A stretch of DNA of 64,000 nucleotides from Myxococcota bacterium (GCA_965223415.1 OZ245002.1:4384001-4448000), one strand, 5' to 3'; positions 1-9,331 are shown, counted from the first letter of the stretch. Notes: generated from the sequence alone by a model not told the origin. Numbers and translations: made by a program.

Positions 1-1656
1 TTCTTCACCAAGGTCGAGATGGTCGACGACCTCTGGCACGAGATCCTCCACGACGACTTCCTGGTGCGGCCCCGCCTCTCCCGGATCTACTACGACGGCA
101 AGTTCTTCCACTACCCGCTGAAGCCGATGAACGCGCTGCTCGGCCTCGGGCCGATCGAGGCGGTGCGCATCGGTACGAGCTACCTGGCGGCGATGCTCTT
201 CCCCTCCAAGGAGGAGCGCACCTTCGACCAGTGGGTGTCGAACCGCTTCGGCAAGCGCCTGTTCGAGATCTTCTTCAAGACCTACACGGAGAAGGTCTGG
301 GGCATGCCCTGCACCGAGATGAGCGCCGACTTCGCCGCCCAGCGGATCAAGAACCTCGACCTGATCACCGCCGTGCGCAACGCCTTCCTCGGCGAGCGCG
401 GGAGCGGCGGCGAGGTCGTCACGACCCTGATCGAGCGCTTCCACTACCCCCGCTACGGCCCGGGCCAGATGTGGGAGAGCTGCGTGAAGCGGCTCGCGGA
501 CAAGGGGGTCGAGACGATCCTGGAGACGCGGGTCGACCGCCTGCGCCACGAGAACGGCCGGATCGTCTCTGCGACCGTCACCGGTCCCGAAGGAACCCGC
601 GAAGTGGAGGGCGAGCACTTCCTCTCGTCGATGCCCGTGCGCACGCTGCTGAACTGTCTCGATCCCGCGCCGCCGGACCACATCCTCGCGGCGGCCAACT
701 CGCTCCGCTACCGGGACTTCCTCACCGTCGGCCTGATCGTCGACCAGGAGGAGACCTTCCCGGACAACTGGATCTACATCCACTCGCCGGACGTGAAGCT
801 CGGGCGCATCCAGAACTTCAAGAACTGGAGCCCGCACATGGTGCCCGACTCGAGCAAGACCTGCCTCGGCCTCGAGTACTTCGTGAACGAGGGCGACGAG
901 CTCTGGACCTCGAGCGACGAGGACCTGATCGCCCTCGGCGCCCGGGAGTGCGACCAGCTCGGCCTGGCGGCGGCGGACAAGGTGCTGGACGGCACGGTCA
1001 TCCGCATCCCGAAGGCCTACCCGGTCTACGACGACACCTACCAGGACGCCCTGGCCGAGATCCGCGGCTGGCTGGCGAGCCTGCCGAACCTCCAGCTCGT
1101 CGGGCGCAACGGCCAGCATCGCTACAACAACCAGGACCACTCGATGGTCACGGCCATCTACGCCGCGCGGAACATCGCCGCCGGCGCGACGGACTACGAC
1201 GTCTGGGACGTGAACGTCGAGGACGAGTACCACGAAGAGGTGACGGCCGGCGAAAGCGCCGCCGCCAGCGGCGACCGCGCCGTGCCGGGCCGGGTGACCG
1301 AGCACGACGTGATCGAGCTGATTCGCGACGCCTTCGCCCGCTACGACGCGGTGGCCCTGGGCTCCGCCCTGGGCGCCGTGGCCGGCGCCGGCCTCTTCCT
1401 CGCCACGGTGGCCCTGCTGGTGCAGGGCGGCCCGAACGTGGGCGCGAACCTCTCGCTGCTCGGCAACTATCTGCCGGGCTTCGCGGTGAGCTGGCTGGGC
1501 GCCGCCCTCGGCAGCGTCGAGATGGGCGCCGTCGGCTTCGGCTTCGGCTGGCTCCTCGCGAAGCTCATCAACGGCGTGATCGCGCTGGAGGAGCGCAACC
1601 TGATGGCCCAGGTCGAGAGCCGGGCCGTGGATCTCTTCGAGGGGGACGACTCATGA
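1..1656 (+). CDS. FAD-dependent oxidoreductase (amine oxidase/UDP-galactopyranose mutase-like family) with C-terminal membrane domain; 5' end outside window
   Basis: Frame open from base 1 (FFTKVEM...); motifs RLSRIYY, YTEKVWG, FHYPRYGPGQMWE, GRNGQHRYNNQDHSM; hydrophobic C-terminal extension. Confidence 0.8.
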   Translation, partial: FFTKVEMVDDLWHEILHDDFLVRPRLSRIYYDGKFFHYPLKPMNALLGLGPIEAVRIGTSYLAAMLFPSKEERTFDQWVSNRFGKRLFEIFFKTYTEKVWGMPCTEMSADFAAQRIKNLDLITAVRNAFLGERGSGGEVVTTLIERFHYPRYGPGQMWESCVKRLADKGVETILETRVDRLRHENGRIVSATVTGPEGTREVEGEHFLSSMPVRTLLNCLDPAPPDHILAAANSLRYRDFLTVGLIVDQEETFPDNWIYIHSPDVKLGRIQNFKNWSPHMVPDSSKTCLGLEYFVNEGDELWTSSDEDLIALGARECDQLGLAAADKVLDGTVIRIPKAYPVYDDTYQDALAEIRGWLASLPNLQLVGRNGQHRYNNQDHSMVTAIYAARNIAAGATDYDVWDVNVEDEYHEEVTAGESAAASGDRAVPGRVTEHDVIELIRDAFARYDAVALGSALGAVAGAGLFLATVALLVQGGPNVGANLSLLGNYLPGFAVSWLGAALGSVEMGAVGFGFGWLLAKLINGVIALEERNLMAQVESRAVDLFEGDDS

Positions 1657-1973
1657 ACACCCAGGCACCGGCGATCGACGAGCGCTCGCTGATCCAGAAC
1701 GCGGTGGTCCGCATGCGCGCCCGCATCATGGCGGTGGTGTTCGGCATGGTCGGGGGCGTGGGGCTCTTCGCGGCCACCGCGTGGCTCCTGATCAGAGGCG
1801 GCAAGCAGGTCGGCAAGACCCTGAGCCTGCTCGGCAACTACTTCCCGGGCTACGACGTGACCTGGCCCGGCGCCTTCCTGGGTCTCCTCTACGGAGCCCT
1901 GGCCGGCGCCGCCGTGGGCTGGGCCGTCGCCTGGATCTACAACCGCGTGGCCGAGAGCCGGATTCCGGCCTGA
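1653..1973 (+). CDS. small membrane protein, paralogous to the C-terminal domain of the upstream oxidoreductase
   Basis: ATGA overlap with upstream stop; two hydrophobic segments; shares LSLLGNY.PG..V.W.GA.LG. Confidence 0.75.
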   Translation: MNTQAPAIDERSLIQNAVVRMRARIMAVVFGMVGGVGLFAATAWLLIRGGKQVGKTLSLLGNYFPGYDVTWPGAFLGLLYGALAGAAVGWAVAWIYNRVAESRIPA

Positions 1974-1985
1974 CCCGAGGCCCTG

Positions 1986-2708
1986 GTGCGCGCCGCCCTG
2001 ACCTTCCACGGTGTCGACGGCACCGGCTCCGTCCTGTCGGTCTCGCCCCAGGCCCTCGCGGGCCTGGTGGACGCGGTGCGAGACGCCGGCCACGAGATCG
2101 TGGCCCTGGCCGAGCTGATGGAGAAGCCGGAGCGGCCCGACCGGGTGGCCCTGACCTTCGACGACGGCTTCCGCTCGGTCCACGAGGCGGCGCTCCCGGT
2201 GCTGCGGGAGGCCGGTGCACCGGCCACGCTCTTCCTCACCACCGGCGTCCTGGGCGGCGACAACCACTGGCCGGGCCAGCCGGACTGGGCGCCGCGCTTC
2301 CCGATGCTCGACTGGGACCAGGTCGAGGCGCTCCACGCCGCCGGCTGGGCGATCGAGGCCCACACGGCCGGGCACCCGGACCTGCGGGCGTTGTCGGACG
2401 ATGCCCTCGAGAGCGAACTCCGCGCCGCCGACGAAGCCATCGAAGCGAGGCTCGGCCGGCGCCCCGAGGCCTTCGCCTACCCCTACGGATACCACGACGC
2501 CCGGGTCCGGGCGCGGGCCTCCGCCCGCTACCGCTGGTCCTTCACCACCGAGCTGGCGCCGCTGCGAGGCAGCGACGACGCGGCGGCCCTGCCGCGGCTC
2601 GATGCCTTCTACCTGCAGAGCCCCTGGACCCAGGCCCGCTTCGACACCCGGGGCTTCTATCTCTACCTGGCGCTGCGCCGCTTCCTTCGCGGGGTGCGGG
2701 GCTCGTGA
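1986..2708 (+). CDS. polysaccharide deacetylase family protein
   Basis: LTFDDG, HTAGHPDL and FAYPYG motifs. Confidence 0.85.
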   Translation: MRAALTFHGVDGTGSVLSVSPQALAGLVDAVRDAGHEIVALAELMEKPERPDRVALTFDDGFRSVHEAALPVLREAGAPATLFLTTGVLGGDNHWPGQPDWAPRFPMLDWDQVEALHAAGWAIEAHTAGHPDLRALSDDALESELRAADEAIEARLGRRPEAFAYPYGYHDARVRARASARYRWSFTTELAPLRGSDDAAALPRLDAFYLQSPWTQARFDTRGFYLYLALRRFLRGVRGS

Positions 2709-3718
2709 CCGCGGTCTCGGCGATCATGCCCGTGTTCGACGGCATGGGCTACCTGCGGGAGAGCCTGCCGCCGCTCCTCGCCCTGGTGGAGGCGGGGAAG
2801 CTCTGCGAAGTGCTGGTGGTGGACGACGGCTCCTTGGACGGCTCCGGCGCCTGGGCCGCCGAGCGCGGTGCCCACGTGCTCGAGACCGGCGGCCGCATGG
2901 GGCCCGGCGCGGCGCGCAACCAGGCCGCGGAAGAGGCGCGGGGCGACGTGCTGCTCTTCGTCGACGCTGACGTGGTGATCCATCCGGACGCCGTCGACCA
3001 CGCCCTCGTCGCATTCGAGCGTCCGGAGGTCGTGGCCGTGTTCGGCAGCTACGACGACGCGCCGCCGGATCCGGCCTTCGCGAGCCAGTACATGAACCTG
3101 CGCCACCACCACGTCCACCATCGGGCGGCGGGGGAGGCCAGCACCTTCTGGGCCGGCTGCGGTGCCGTGCGCAGGGCCGCCTTCCTGGCTTGCGGCGGGT
3201 ACGACGCCGAGCGTTTCGCGCGGCCGAGCGTCGAGGACATCGAGCTGGGCTACCGGCTGCGCCGGGCGGGCGGGCGCATCGAGCTGCTGCCCGCCATGCA
3301 GGGCACCCACCTGAAGAAGTGGACGCCCTGGAGCGTGATCCACACCGACGTGGTGTGTCGCGCGCTGCCCTGGTCGCGCATGCTGATCGCGGAGCCCGAG
3401 GCGGCGCCCGACCTGAACGCCGGTACCGCCGAGCAGGCCAAGGCCGTCCTCGCGGGGTTGTTCGTGCTCTCGCTCCCCGCGGCGCTGCAGGGCGGGCTCT
3501 GGCCCGCTGTGACGGTCGCCCTGTTCGCGGCGGCCATCGTCGTGAACCGCGGGCTCTTCGCCGTCTTCCGCCGTCGCCGCGGCCTGCTCTTCGCCGTGAG
3601 CGCGATGGCCTTCCATCAGCTCTACTACCTCTACAGCGGCGCCGCCTACGTCCTCTGCTGGCTCGAGCACCGGCTTGGCCGGGGCGCGCGCGTCGGTCAC
3701 ACGGGAGAGCCCGGTTGA
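2705..3718 (+). CDS. glycosyltransferase family 2
   Basis: GTGA overlap; VVDDGSLDGS, GPGAARN, FVDAD, EDIELGYRL; C-terminal TM segments. Confidence 0.9.
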   Translation: MTAVSAIMPVFDGMGYLRESLPPLLALVEAGKLCEVLVVDDGSLDGSGAWAAERGAHVLETGGRMGPGAARNQAAEEARGDVLLFVDADVVIHPDAVDHALVAFERPEVVAVFGSYDDAPPDPAFASQYMNLRHHHVHHRAAGEASTFWAGCGAVRRAAFLACGGYDAERFARPSVEDIELGYRLRRAGGRIELLPAMQGTHLKKWTPWSVIHTDVVCRALPWSRMLIAEPEAAPDLNAGTAEQAKAVLAGLFVLSLPAALQGGLWPAVTVALFAAAIVVNRGLFAVFRRRRGLLFAVSAMAFHQLYYLYSGAAYVLCWLEHRLGRGARVGHTGEPG

Positions 3719-3749
3719 GCCCCCAGCGCCTGGCCATGGAGACGGTGGG

Positions 3750-5207
3750 TTGAGCGACCCGCAGCACATCGACAGCGGGGACGTCGGCCTGCCGCTCGCC
3801 GTGGACCTGGATGGCACGCTGGTGGCGACGGACACCCTATGGGAGAGCACCCTGGCGCTGCTGCGGGAGCGCCCGCTGCGCGCCCTGGCCCTGCCGCTGT
3901 GGGTGCTGGGCGGGCGCGCGCGCTTCAAGAGCGAGCTCGCGGCCCGGGCCCGTCCCGACGCCGCGGCGCTTCCCTATCGCCAGGAGGTCCTCGCCTACCT
4001 GCGCGAGGCGCGGGAGGAAGGGCGGCCGGTGATCCTCGCGACCGCCAGCCACCAGGAGATCGCGCGCTCGGTGGCGGATCACCTGGGCCTCTTCCACGCC
4101 GTGATGGCGAGCGAGGGGGGCGTCAACCTGAAGGGCCCGCGCAAGGCCGACGCCCTCGCCGCGGCCTTCGGCGAGCAGGGCTTCGAATACATCGGCGACG
4201 CGGCTGCGGACCGGCCCGTCTTCGCACGCGCGGCCGCTGCCTCCTGGGTGGGGCGGGACGAGCGGGAGGCGGAGCGGGCGACCGAGGGGGCTCCGCTCGC
4301 CCGCACCTTCCGGGTGCCCCGGGCCGGCCCGCGCACCTGGCTGCGGGCCCTGCGCGTGCACCAGTGGGTGAAGAACGTCCTGATCTTCGTCCCGCTCCTC
4401 GCCTCCCACCGCTTCACCGAGGTGCCGTTCTGGGGGTTGGCACTGCTGGCCTTCCTCTGCCTCTCCCTGTGCGCGTCGACGGTCTACGTCTTCAACGACC
4501 TGATGGACCTGAACGCGGATCGCCTGCATCCCACCAAGTGCCGGAGGCCCTTCGCGGCGGGAAGGCTCTCCATTCCCCAGGGCCTGGCGGCGGTTCCCCT
4601 GCTGCTCGGGGCCGGGCTCGGGCTCTCCCTCGCGTTCCTGCCCCCGGTGTTCACCGGCTGCCTCGTCGCGTACCTGATCCTGAACGGCATCTACACCTTC
4701 GGTCTCAAGAAGGTCGCCATCGCCGACGTGATCTTCCTGGCGTGTCTCTACAGCCTGCGCGTGCTGGCCGGCGGGCTGGCCCTGGACATTCCGGTGTCGC
4801 CCTGGCTGATCGGCTTCTCGCTCTTCTTCTTCCTGAACCTGGCCTTCCTGAAGCGCTACGCGGATCTGCGGCTGGTCGAGAACGAGGCGGGGAGCAGCTC
4901 GCCCGGGCGCGACTACGCCGTGGCCGACGCGCCACTGCTCCTCTCCCTCGGGCCGGCGGCGGGTTACATGGGCGCCGTGGTGCTCGCCCTGTACGTGCAG
5001 AGCGACAAGGTGGCCACCCTCTACTCCCGGCCCGAGGTGCTGTGGGCGCTGATCCCGCTGGTCGCCTACTGGATCAGCCGGGTCTGGCTGCTCGCCCACC
5101 GCGGCCAGATGGACGACGACCCGGTGCTCTTCGCCACCCGGGACCCGCTGTCCTACGCGGTGCTGGCCCTCGGCGTGGGCATCCTCGGGGTGGGCGCGAT
5201 TCTGTAG
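3750..5207 (+). CDS. HAD-like + UbiA family prenyltransferase (polyprenyl-phosphate phosphoribosyltransferase-like)
   Basis: VDLDGTL HAD motif; RVHQWVKN, NDLMDLNADRLHPTK.RPFAAG, HRGQMDDDPV; start codon (TTG) uncertain. Confidence 0.85.
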   Translation: MSDPQHIDSGDVGLPLAVDLDGTLVATDTLWESTLALLRERPLRALALPLWVLGGRARFKSELAARARPDAAALPYRQEVLAYLREAREEGRPVILATASHQEIARSVADHLGLFHAVMASEGGVNLKGPRKADALAAAFGEQGFEYIGDAAADRPVFARAAAASWVGRDEREAERATEGAPLARTFRVPRAGPRTWLRALRVHQWVKNVLIFVPLLASHRFTEVPFWGLALLAFLCLSLCASTVYVFNDLMDLNADRLHPTKCRRPFAAGRLSIPQGLAAVPLLLGAGLGLSLAFLPPVFTGCLVAYLILNGIYTFGLKKVAIADVIFLACLYSLRVLAGGLALDIPVSPWLIGFSLFFFLNLAFLKRYADLRLVENEAGSSSPGRDYAVADAPLLLSLGPAAGYMGAVVLALYVQSDKVATLYSRPEVLWALIPLVAYWISRVWLLAHRGQMDDDPVLFATRDPLSYAVLALGVGILGVGAIL

Positions 5208-5246
5208 TCGTTCCTGTGGGTTGCGGCGTGCCTTGAAGGTGCCGGC

Positions 5247-5615
5247 TCAGCCTTCCTCGGCCCGCACGGCCTCCATCGGGCGGAGCAGCACCGGGAACCA
5301 GTGAGGCACCGTGTGGGGCTCCCGGGGCGGCGCCTTCTCGACGGGAAGGTCGAGAACCCTGCCGTCCCGCTTGTAGGCGGACTTGTGTCCCGGGATCGAG
5401 GCCAGCTCCCCGCGCTCGAGCAGCGCCAGCACCGCGTCGAAGAGCGCGCGGGGCGCGCCGGCCCAGACCACCCGGTTGCCCGGCAGTACGATCTGGGTCT
5501 CCTCCCGGGCGTCGCCGGCGAAGTGCTCGTGGAGGGCGGCGAAGGTCACGTAGTCGTGTGCGCGCACGAAGGCGAGCACCTGCGCCTCGAGATCCGCCGC
5601 GGCCGTCTCGCTCAA
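5247..5615 (-). CDS. hypothetical protein resembling SaPI Ppi (phage packaging interference) family
   Basis: 122 aa; 4-nt overlap with upstream phosphatase; motifs NRVVWAG, YKRDGRVLDLPV, HWFPVLL recalled as typical of SaPI Ppi-type proteins. Confidence 0.6.
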   Translation of the reverse strand: MSETAAADLEAQVLAFVRAHDYVTFAALHEHFAGDAREETQIVLPGNRVVWAGAPRALFDAVLALLERGELASIPGHKSAYKRDGRVLDLPVEKAPPREPHTVPHWFPVLLRPMEAVRAEEG

Positions 5616-6226
5616 GCCCGCTCGTCCAGGTGGACCGTCTCGTTGAAGTGGACCAGCTCCGCCGGATCCGACATTCGCAGATCGGTGACCGCCGCGTTGT
5701 CCATCGTGCGGCGCCAGGAGCGCGGGTCACGGTCCACCAGCCAGCCGAAGGCCAAGGTGAGGGCGCCGGCATGGCTCACCACCACGCAGCGCTCACCCGG
5801 GTGCTGCGACGCAATCGCGCGCAGGGCGCCAGAGAGCCGCTCGGCCACCTGCCGGGCCGACTCCCCTCCGCCGGGACGCCAATCCGGATCGGCGTGCATG
5901 CGCTCGAAGAGTCGGTGCTCCGTCATCAGCTCGTGGTAGGTGAGGCCTTCCCACTCGCCCAGGTGGTACTCCTGGAGGTCCTCCCGCACGCGGAGCTCGA
6001 GGCCGAGGGCCTCGCCGATCGGCCCGGCGGTGTGCAGCGCGCGGGTGAGCGGGCTCGAGTAGAGGGCCACCGCATCGGCGCGGGTCCGCGCCAGGTGGGC
6101 GGCCACCCGCTCGGCCTGGACATGGCCCTCGTCGCTGAGGGGCGTGTCCGTCGAGCCGTGCCACACGCCGCCGGTGTTGGCCGGCGTCTGGCCGTGGCGA
6201 ACGATGGTGAGGAGAGCGTGGGTCAT
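5612..6226 (-). CDS. histidine phosphatase (phosphoglycerate mutase family)
   Basis: RHGQT, SSPLTRA, LQEYHLGEWEG, VVSHAG motifs. Confidence 0.9.
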   Translation of the reverse strand: MTHALLTIVRHGQTPANTGGVWHGSTDTPLSDEGHVQAERVAAHLARTRADAVALYSSPLTRALHTAGPIGEALGLELRVREDLQEYHLGEWEGLTYHELMTEHRLFERMHADPDWRPGGGESARQVAERLSGALRAIASQHPGERCVVVSHAGALTLAFGWLVDRDPRSWRRTMDNAAVTDLRMSDPAELVHFNETVHLDERA

Positions 6227-6269
6227 GGGCGGAGGGGGGAACGCGGCGCGTGGATCATGGCGGGGGACC

Positions 6270-7460
6270 TTAGCCCTCGGCTTCTCTCCGCCAGCGGACC
6301 AGCCAGCCGGCGAGCGCTTCCGGGGTGTTGCGGCTCGGATCCTCGAGCACGCGGTCCGCGAGGAAGGCGAGGGCCTGGCCGATGCGGGGGCCCGCCGGCT
6401 CGCCGAGCGCCTCCATCACGTCGCGGCCGGACCAGGCCAGGGTGGGAGCCTCGGCGGCGGTCATCGCGTCCGCGAGCTCGCGCAGCTCCGCGAGCCGGGC
6501 CAGGGGCGCGGCGATCGGCTCGTCTCCCAGGGTCAGCTCCTCCTCCCGAAGCACGCAGAGCCCCTCGAAGGCCTCGCGGCCGCCGAGCCGGCGGAGCGCC
6601 TTGCCGAGGCTGCCCGGTCGCGGCGCGACCATCCGGTCGACGGGGTGGAAGGCCAGTCGCCGCTCGATGGCCCGGCTGCGGTCGCGCGGCATGCGCAGCC
6701 GCGCCAGCACGCGGCCCGCCTGCCCTCCGCGCAGCCAGCCGGTCCAGCGCAAGACCCGATCCGCGGGCAACCGGCGGAGGAGCTGCGCGGCGTCCGGGCG
6801 CGCGCGGGGGGCGAGGGCCTGCTCGAGGCCGGTCTCCCGGAGCCAGGCGAGGGCCCGGTCCGGAGCCTCGGCCAGGAGCAGCGCTTCCAGCTCGAGTCGC
6901 AGCCGCGCGCCCAGGGCCTCCGGCAGGGCCGCCACCGCCGCGGCTGCGGCCCGGCCGAGGGCCTCGCTCGCGGCCAGGTCCAGCTCGGCCATCAGGCGAG
7001 CCGCGGCGACGGCGATCAGCGGATGGGCGAGGCGCGCAGCGCCTCCTGCCGGGCCGACGCGCCCGGCCACCAGGTCGGCACGCCCGTCCCAGGTATCCAC
7101 CCATTCGCCCGAGAGCGGCTCCAGGCCGAAGGCGGTCACGCTGAGGGTCGCGTCGGCCAGGGCCTTCTCGAGGGGGGCGCCTGCCGCTGCCAGCTCGACG
7201 ACCAGCGGGTGGGTTCCCGGCCCCGGCGCGGGGGCGAGCGCACGGCGCCCCACGCGGATCGGCCCGCCCGGCGGCCCCGCCACCGCGCCGGCGAGGCTGA
7301 GCAGGGCATCCCCGTCGGCTTCGCACAGCAGCCGCAGGTCGCGCGGAGCGCGGCCGGCGAAGAGCTCGCGGGCGGCGCGTCCCACGACGAGGCAGCGGAC
7401 ACCCCGGGCGAGGAGCACGGCCGCGAGGTCTCGAACGGGTTCCGGAACGGGGGTGCTCAC
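6270..7460 (-). CDS. CCA-adding/poly(A) polymerase-like nucleotidyltransferase with degenerate catalytic motifs
   Basis: Layout CLVVGRAARELFAGRAPRDLRL ... VDTWDGRADL ... C-terminal SGRDVMEALG..GPRIGQAL...VLEDPSRNTPEAL; GTG start inferred. Confidence 0.7.
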   Translation of the reverse strand: MSTPVPEPVRDLAAVLLARGVRCLVVGRAARELFAGRAPRDLRLLCEADGDALLSLAGAVAGPPGGPIRVGRRALAPAPGPGTHPLVVELAAAGAPLEKALADATLSVTAFGLEPLSGEWVDTWDGRADLVAGRVGPAGGAARLAHPLIAVAAARLMAELDLAASEALGRAAAAAVAALPEALGARLRLELEALLLAEAPDRALAWLRETGLEQALAPRARPDAAQLLRRLPADRVLRWTGWLRGGQAGRVLARLRMPRDRSRAIERRLAFHPVDRMVAPRPGSLGKALRRLGGREAFEGLCVLREEELTLGDEPIAAPLARLAELRELADAMTAAEAPTLAWSGRDVMEALGEPAGPRIGQALAFLADRVLEDPSRNTPEALAGWLVRWRREAEG

Positions 7461-7561
7461 CCAGGGAGTGTACGCGCGCCTCCGAGCCGGGCTCGCACGG
7501 CCGGGCCCCCGGCCCCCGGCGGCGCGGGCTCCACGGGGCCGGATGGGCGATACCCCGGGGC

Positions 7562-9331
7562 GTGACCCGGCTCTTCTTCCGCATGCCCGGGGTGCCACTC
7601 GATGTGGACGAGGTGTGGCGACGCCTCGGCCGGCCCGGTGCCCGCAAGCAGCCGCTGCGCCGCGCCTCGCCGGGGAAGGACGGCTTCGCGCCCGGCGAGC
7701 CGGTGACCGGCAGGCGCCTCGAGGCGGGCCGCGCCTTCTGCGTGGAGGTCCGGCCGGTGCGGCACTTCCGGCCGCCGGAGGCCCCGCACCTCCGCGTCCT
7801 GTGCGGGCCCCTGGCCTGGCCCGAGGGCGAGGCGCCCGGCCTACGCTTCCGCACCGTTGCGGAACGGGGTCTCCTCCGGGAGCTCGCGATCGAGCTCGAC
7901 ACGCCGGCGCCGGGGTTGGCGCTGGACGGGCTGGCTGTCCTCGGTGCGCCGGCCCTCGGCGACGTCCGTCGCGGTGGCGTGCTGGTGGCGGGGGGGCTGC
8001 GGGTGCGCGAGGCGGGCACCCCGCCGCCGCCCACCTGGTGGCCCGACGAGCCCGCCTTTCCTCCCGACGACCTCGTGCCGGACGTGCCGGTCTCCAGCGC
8101 CACCGCCCGCGCCCTCGAAGGCGGCCATCCGTGGGTGCGCGCCGACGCAGGGCTGGGGGACGTCGGCTGCGTGCCCGTCGGCGGACGCATCCGGCTGCGC
8201 GGGCCCGATGGGCGCGATCTCGGCCTGGCCCGCTCGGACGGGGAGGGCGACCTGGCTGCCCGGCGCTGGGCCGGGCCCGGCGACGAGGGGGCCAGCACGG
8301 CGGAACGGGTCGCGGCGGCGGTGGCGCGGCGCGCGGCCCTCCACGCCGCCGCCGACGACACCGACGCCTATCGCCTGGTCCACGCCGAGGCCGACGGTCT
8401 GCCGGGACTGGTGGTCGATCGGTTGGGTCCGGTGGTGCGGGTGCTCGTCCAGGGCCGCGCGGCCCTGGGCCTGCGCTCGCAGGCGATCGCCGCCCTGCGC
8501 GCAGGCCTGGCCGACCCGCTCGGCGCAGCGCCGGCGATCTTGGAGGTGACGAACCTGCAGCGGCCCCGGGGAAGCCGCCTCCGGGGGGTGCACGCCCACG
8601 ATCCCCTGCCCGTCGACGAGGCCGGTCGCCTCGTGGTGCGGGAGGCGGGCCTTCGCTTCCGGGTCGATCCCGGATTCGCCGAGCCGTACCGCCCACGCCC
8701 GGGCATCGGCCTGTTCCTCGACCAGCGCGAGAACCGCCGGCGCCTCCGCGCCGAAGCCCGGGGTGGGCGCTTCGCCAACCTGTTCGCCCACACCGGCGCC
8801 TTCAGCCTGGCGCTGCTAGCCGGCGGAGCCGCAGAGGTGTGGAGCGTCGATCTCTCGCGCGCTTACCTCGCACGGCTCGAGGAGAATCTCGAGCTCAACG
8901 GGCTCGGCGCGGCCGGCCATCACGGGGTGCGTCGCGATGCGCGCCGCTTCCTGGAAGAGCGGGCGCAGGACGCACCCCGCTTCGATGGCATCGTGGTCGA
9001 TCCGCCGACGGCGGCCGCTTCCGGGCGCCGCTACTGGAGCGTGCGTCGGGATCTCGGGCCGCTCCTGGCGCGGGCCTGGCGGCAGCTCGCGCCCGGCGGG
9101 TGGCTGCTCGTGACCCGCAACCTGCGGGATCGACGGGGCGGGCTGGCCAGCCTCGCGCAGGAGGCCGCCGCAGCCGGCGGCGGCGGCCTCGACCGCCTCG
9201 AGCAGGCGCCGCCGGGGCCGGATTTCCCGCGCCTGCCCGGCTTCCCGGAGGGCGACCCCTTCGAGGGGCAACTCATGCGCAAGTCGCGGGGGGAAACCGC
9301 CATGCAGCACGGTTCTCTCGCAACTCCCTGA
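7562..9331 (+). CDS. class I SAM-dependent rRNA methyltransferase (RlmI/RlmK-like) with N-terminal extension
   Basis: GHPWV PUA-like segment, YRLVHAEADGLPGLVVDR, GLFLDQRENR, NLFAHTGAFS, VDPP. Confidence 0.8.
   Translation: MTRLFFRMPGVPLDVDEVWRRLGRPGARKQPLRRASPGKDGFAPGEPVTGRRLEAGRAFCVEVRPVRHFRPPEAPHLRVLCGPLAWPEGEAPGLRFRTVAERGLLRELAIELDTPAPGLALDGLAVLGAPALGDVRRGGVLVAGGLRVREAGTPPPPTWWPDEPAFPPDDLVPDVPVSSATARALEGGHPWVRADAGLGDVGCVPVGGRIRLRGPDGRDLGLARSDGEGDLAARRWAGPGDEGASTAERVAAAVARRAALHAAADDTDAYRLVHAEADGLPGLVVDRLGPVVRVLVQGRAALGLRSQAIAALRAGLADPLGAAPAILEVTNLQRPRGSRLRGVHAHDPLPVDEAGRLVVREAGLRFRVDPGFAEPYRPRPGIGLFLDQRENRRRLRAEARGGRFANLFAHTGAFSLALLAGGAAEVWSVDLSRAYLARLEENLELNGLGAAGHHGVRRDARRFLEERAQDAPRFDGIVVDPPTAAASGRRYWSVRRDLGPLLARAWRQLAPGGWLLVTRNLRDRRGGLASLAQEAAAAGGGGLDRLEQAPPGPDFPRLPGFPEGDPFEGQLMRKSRGETAMQHGSLATP

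Noticed and set aside
5247..7460. Phage satellite or prophage around the Ppi-like gene
   Set aside because: No integrase, primase/replicase, terminase, capsid gene or att repeats visible
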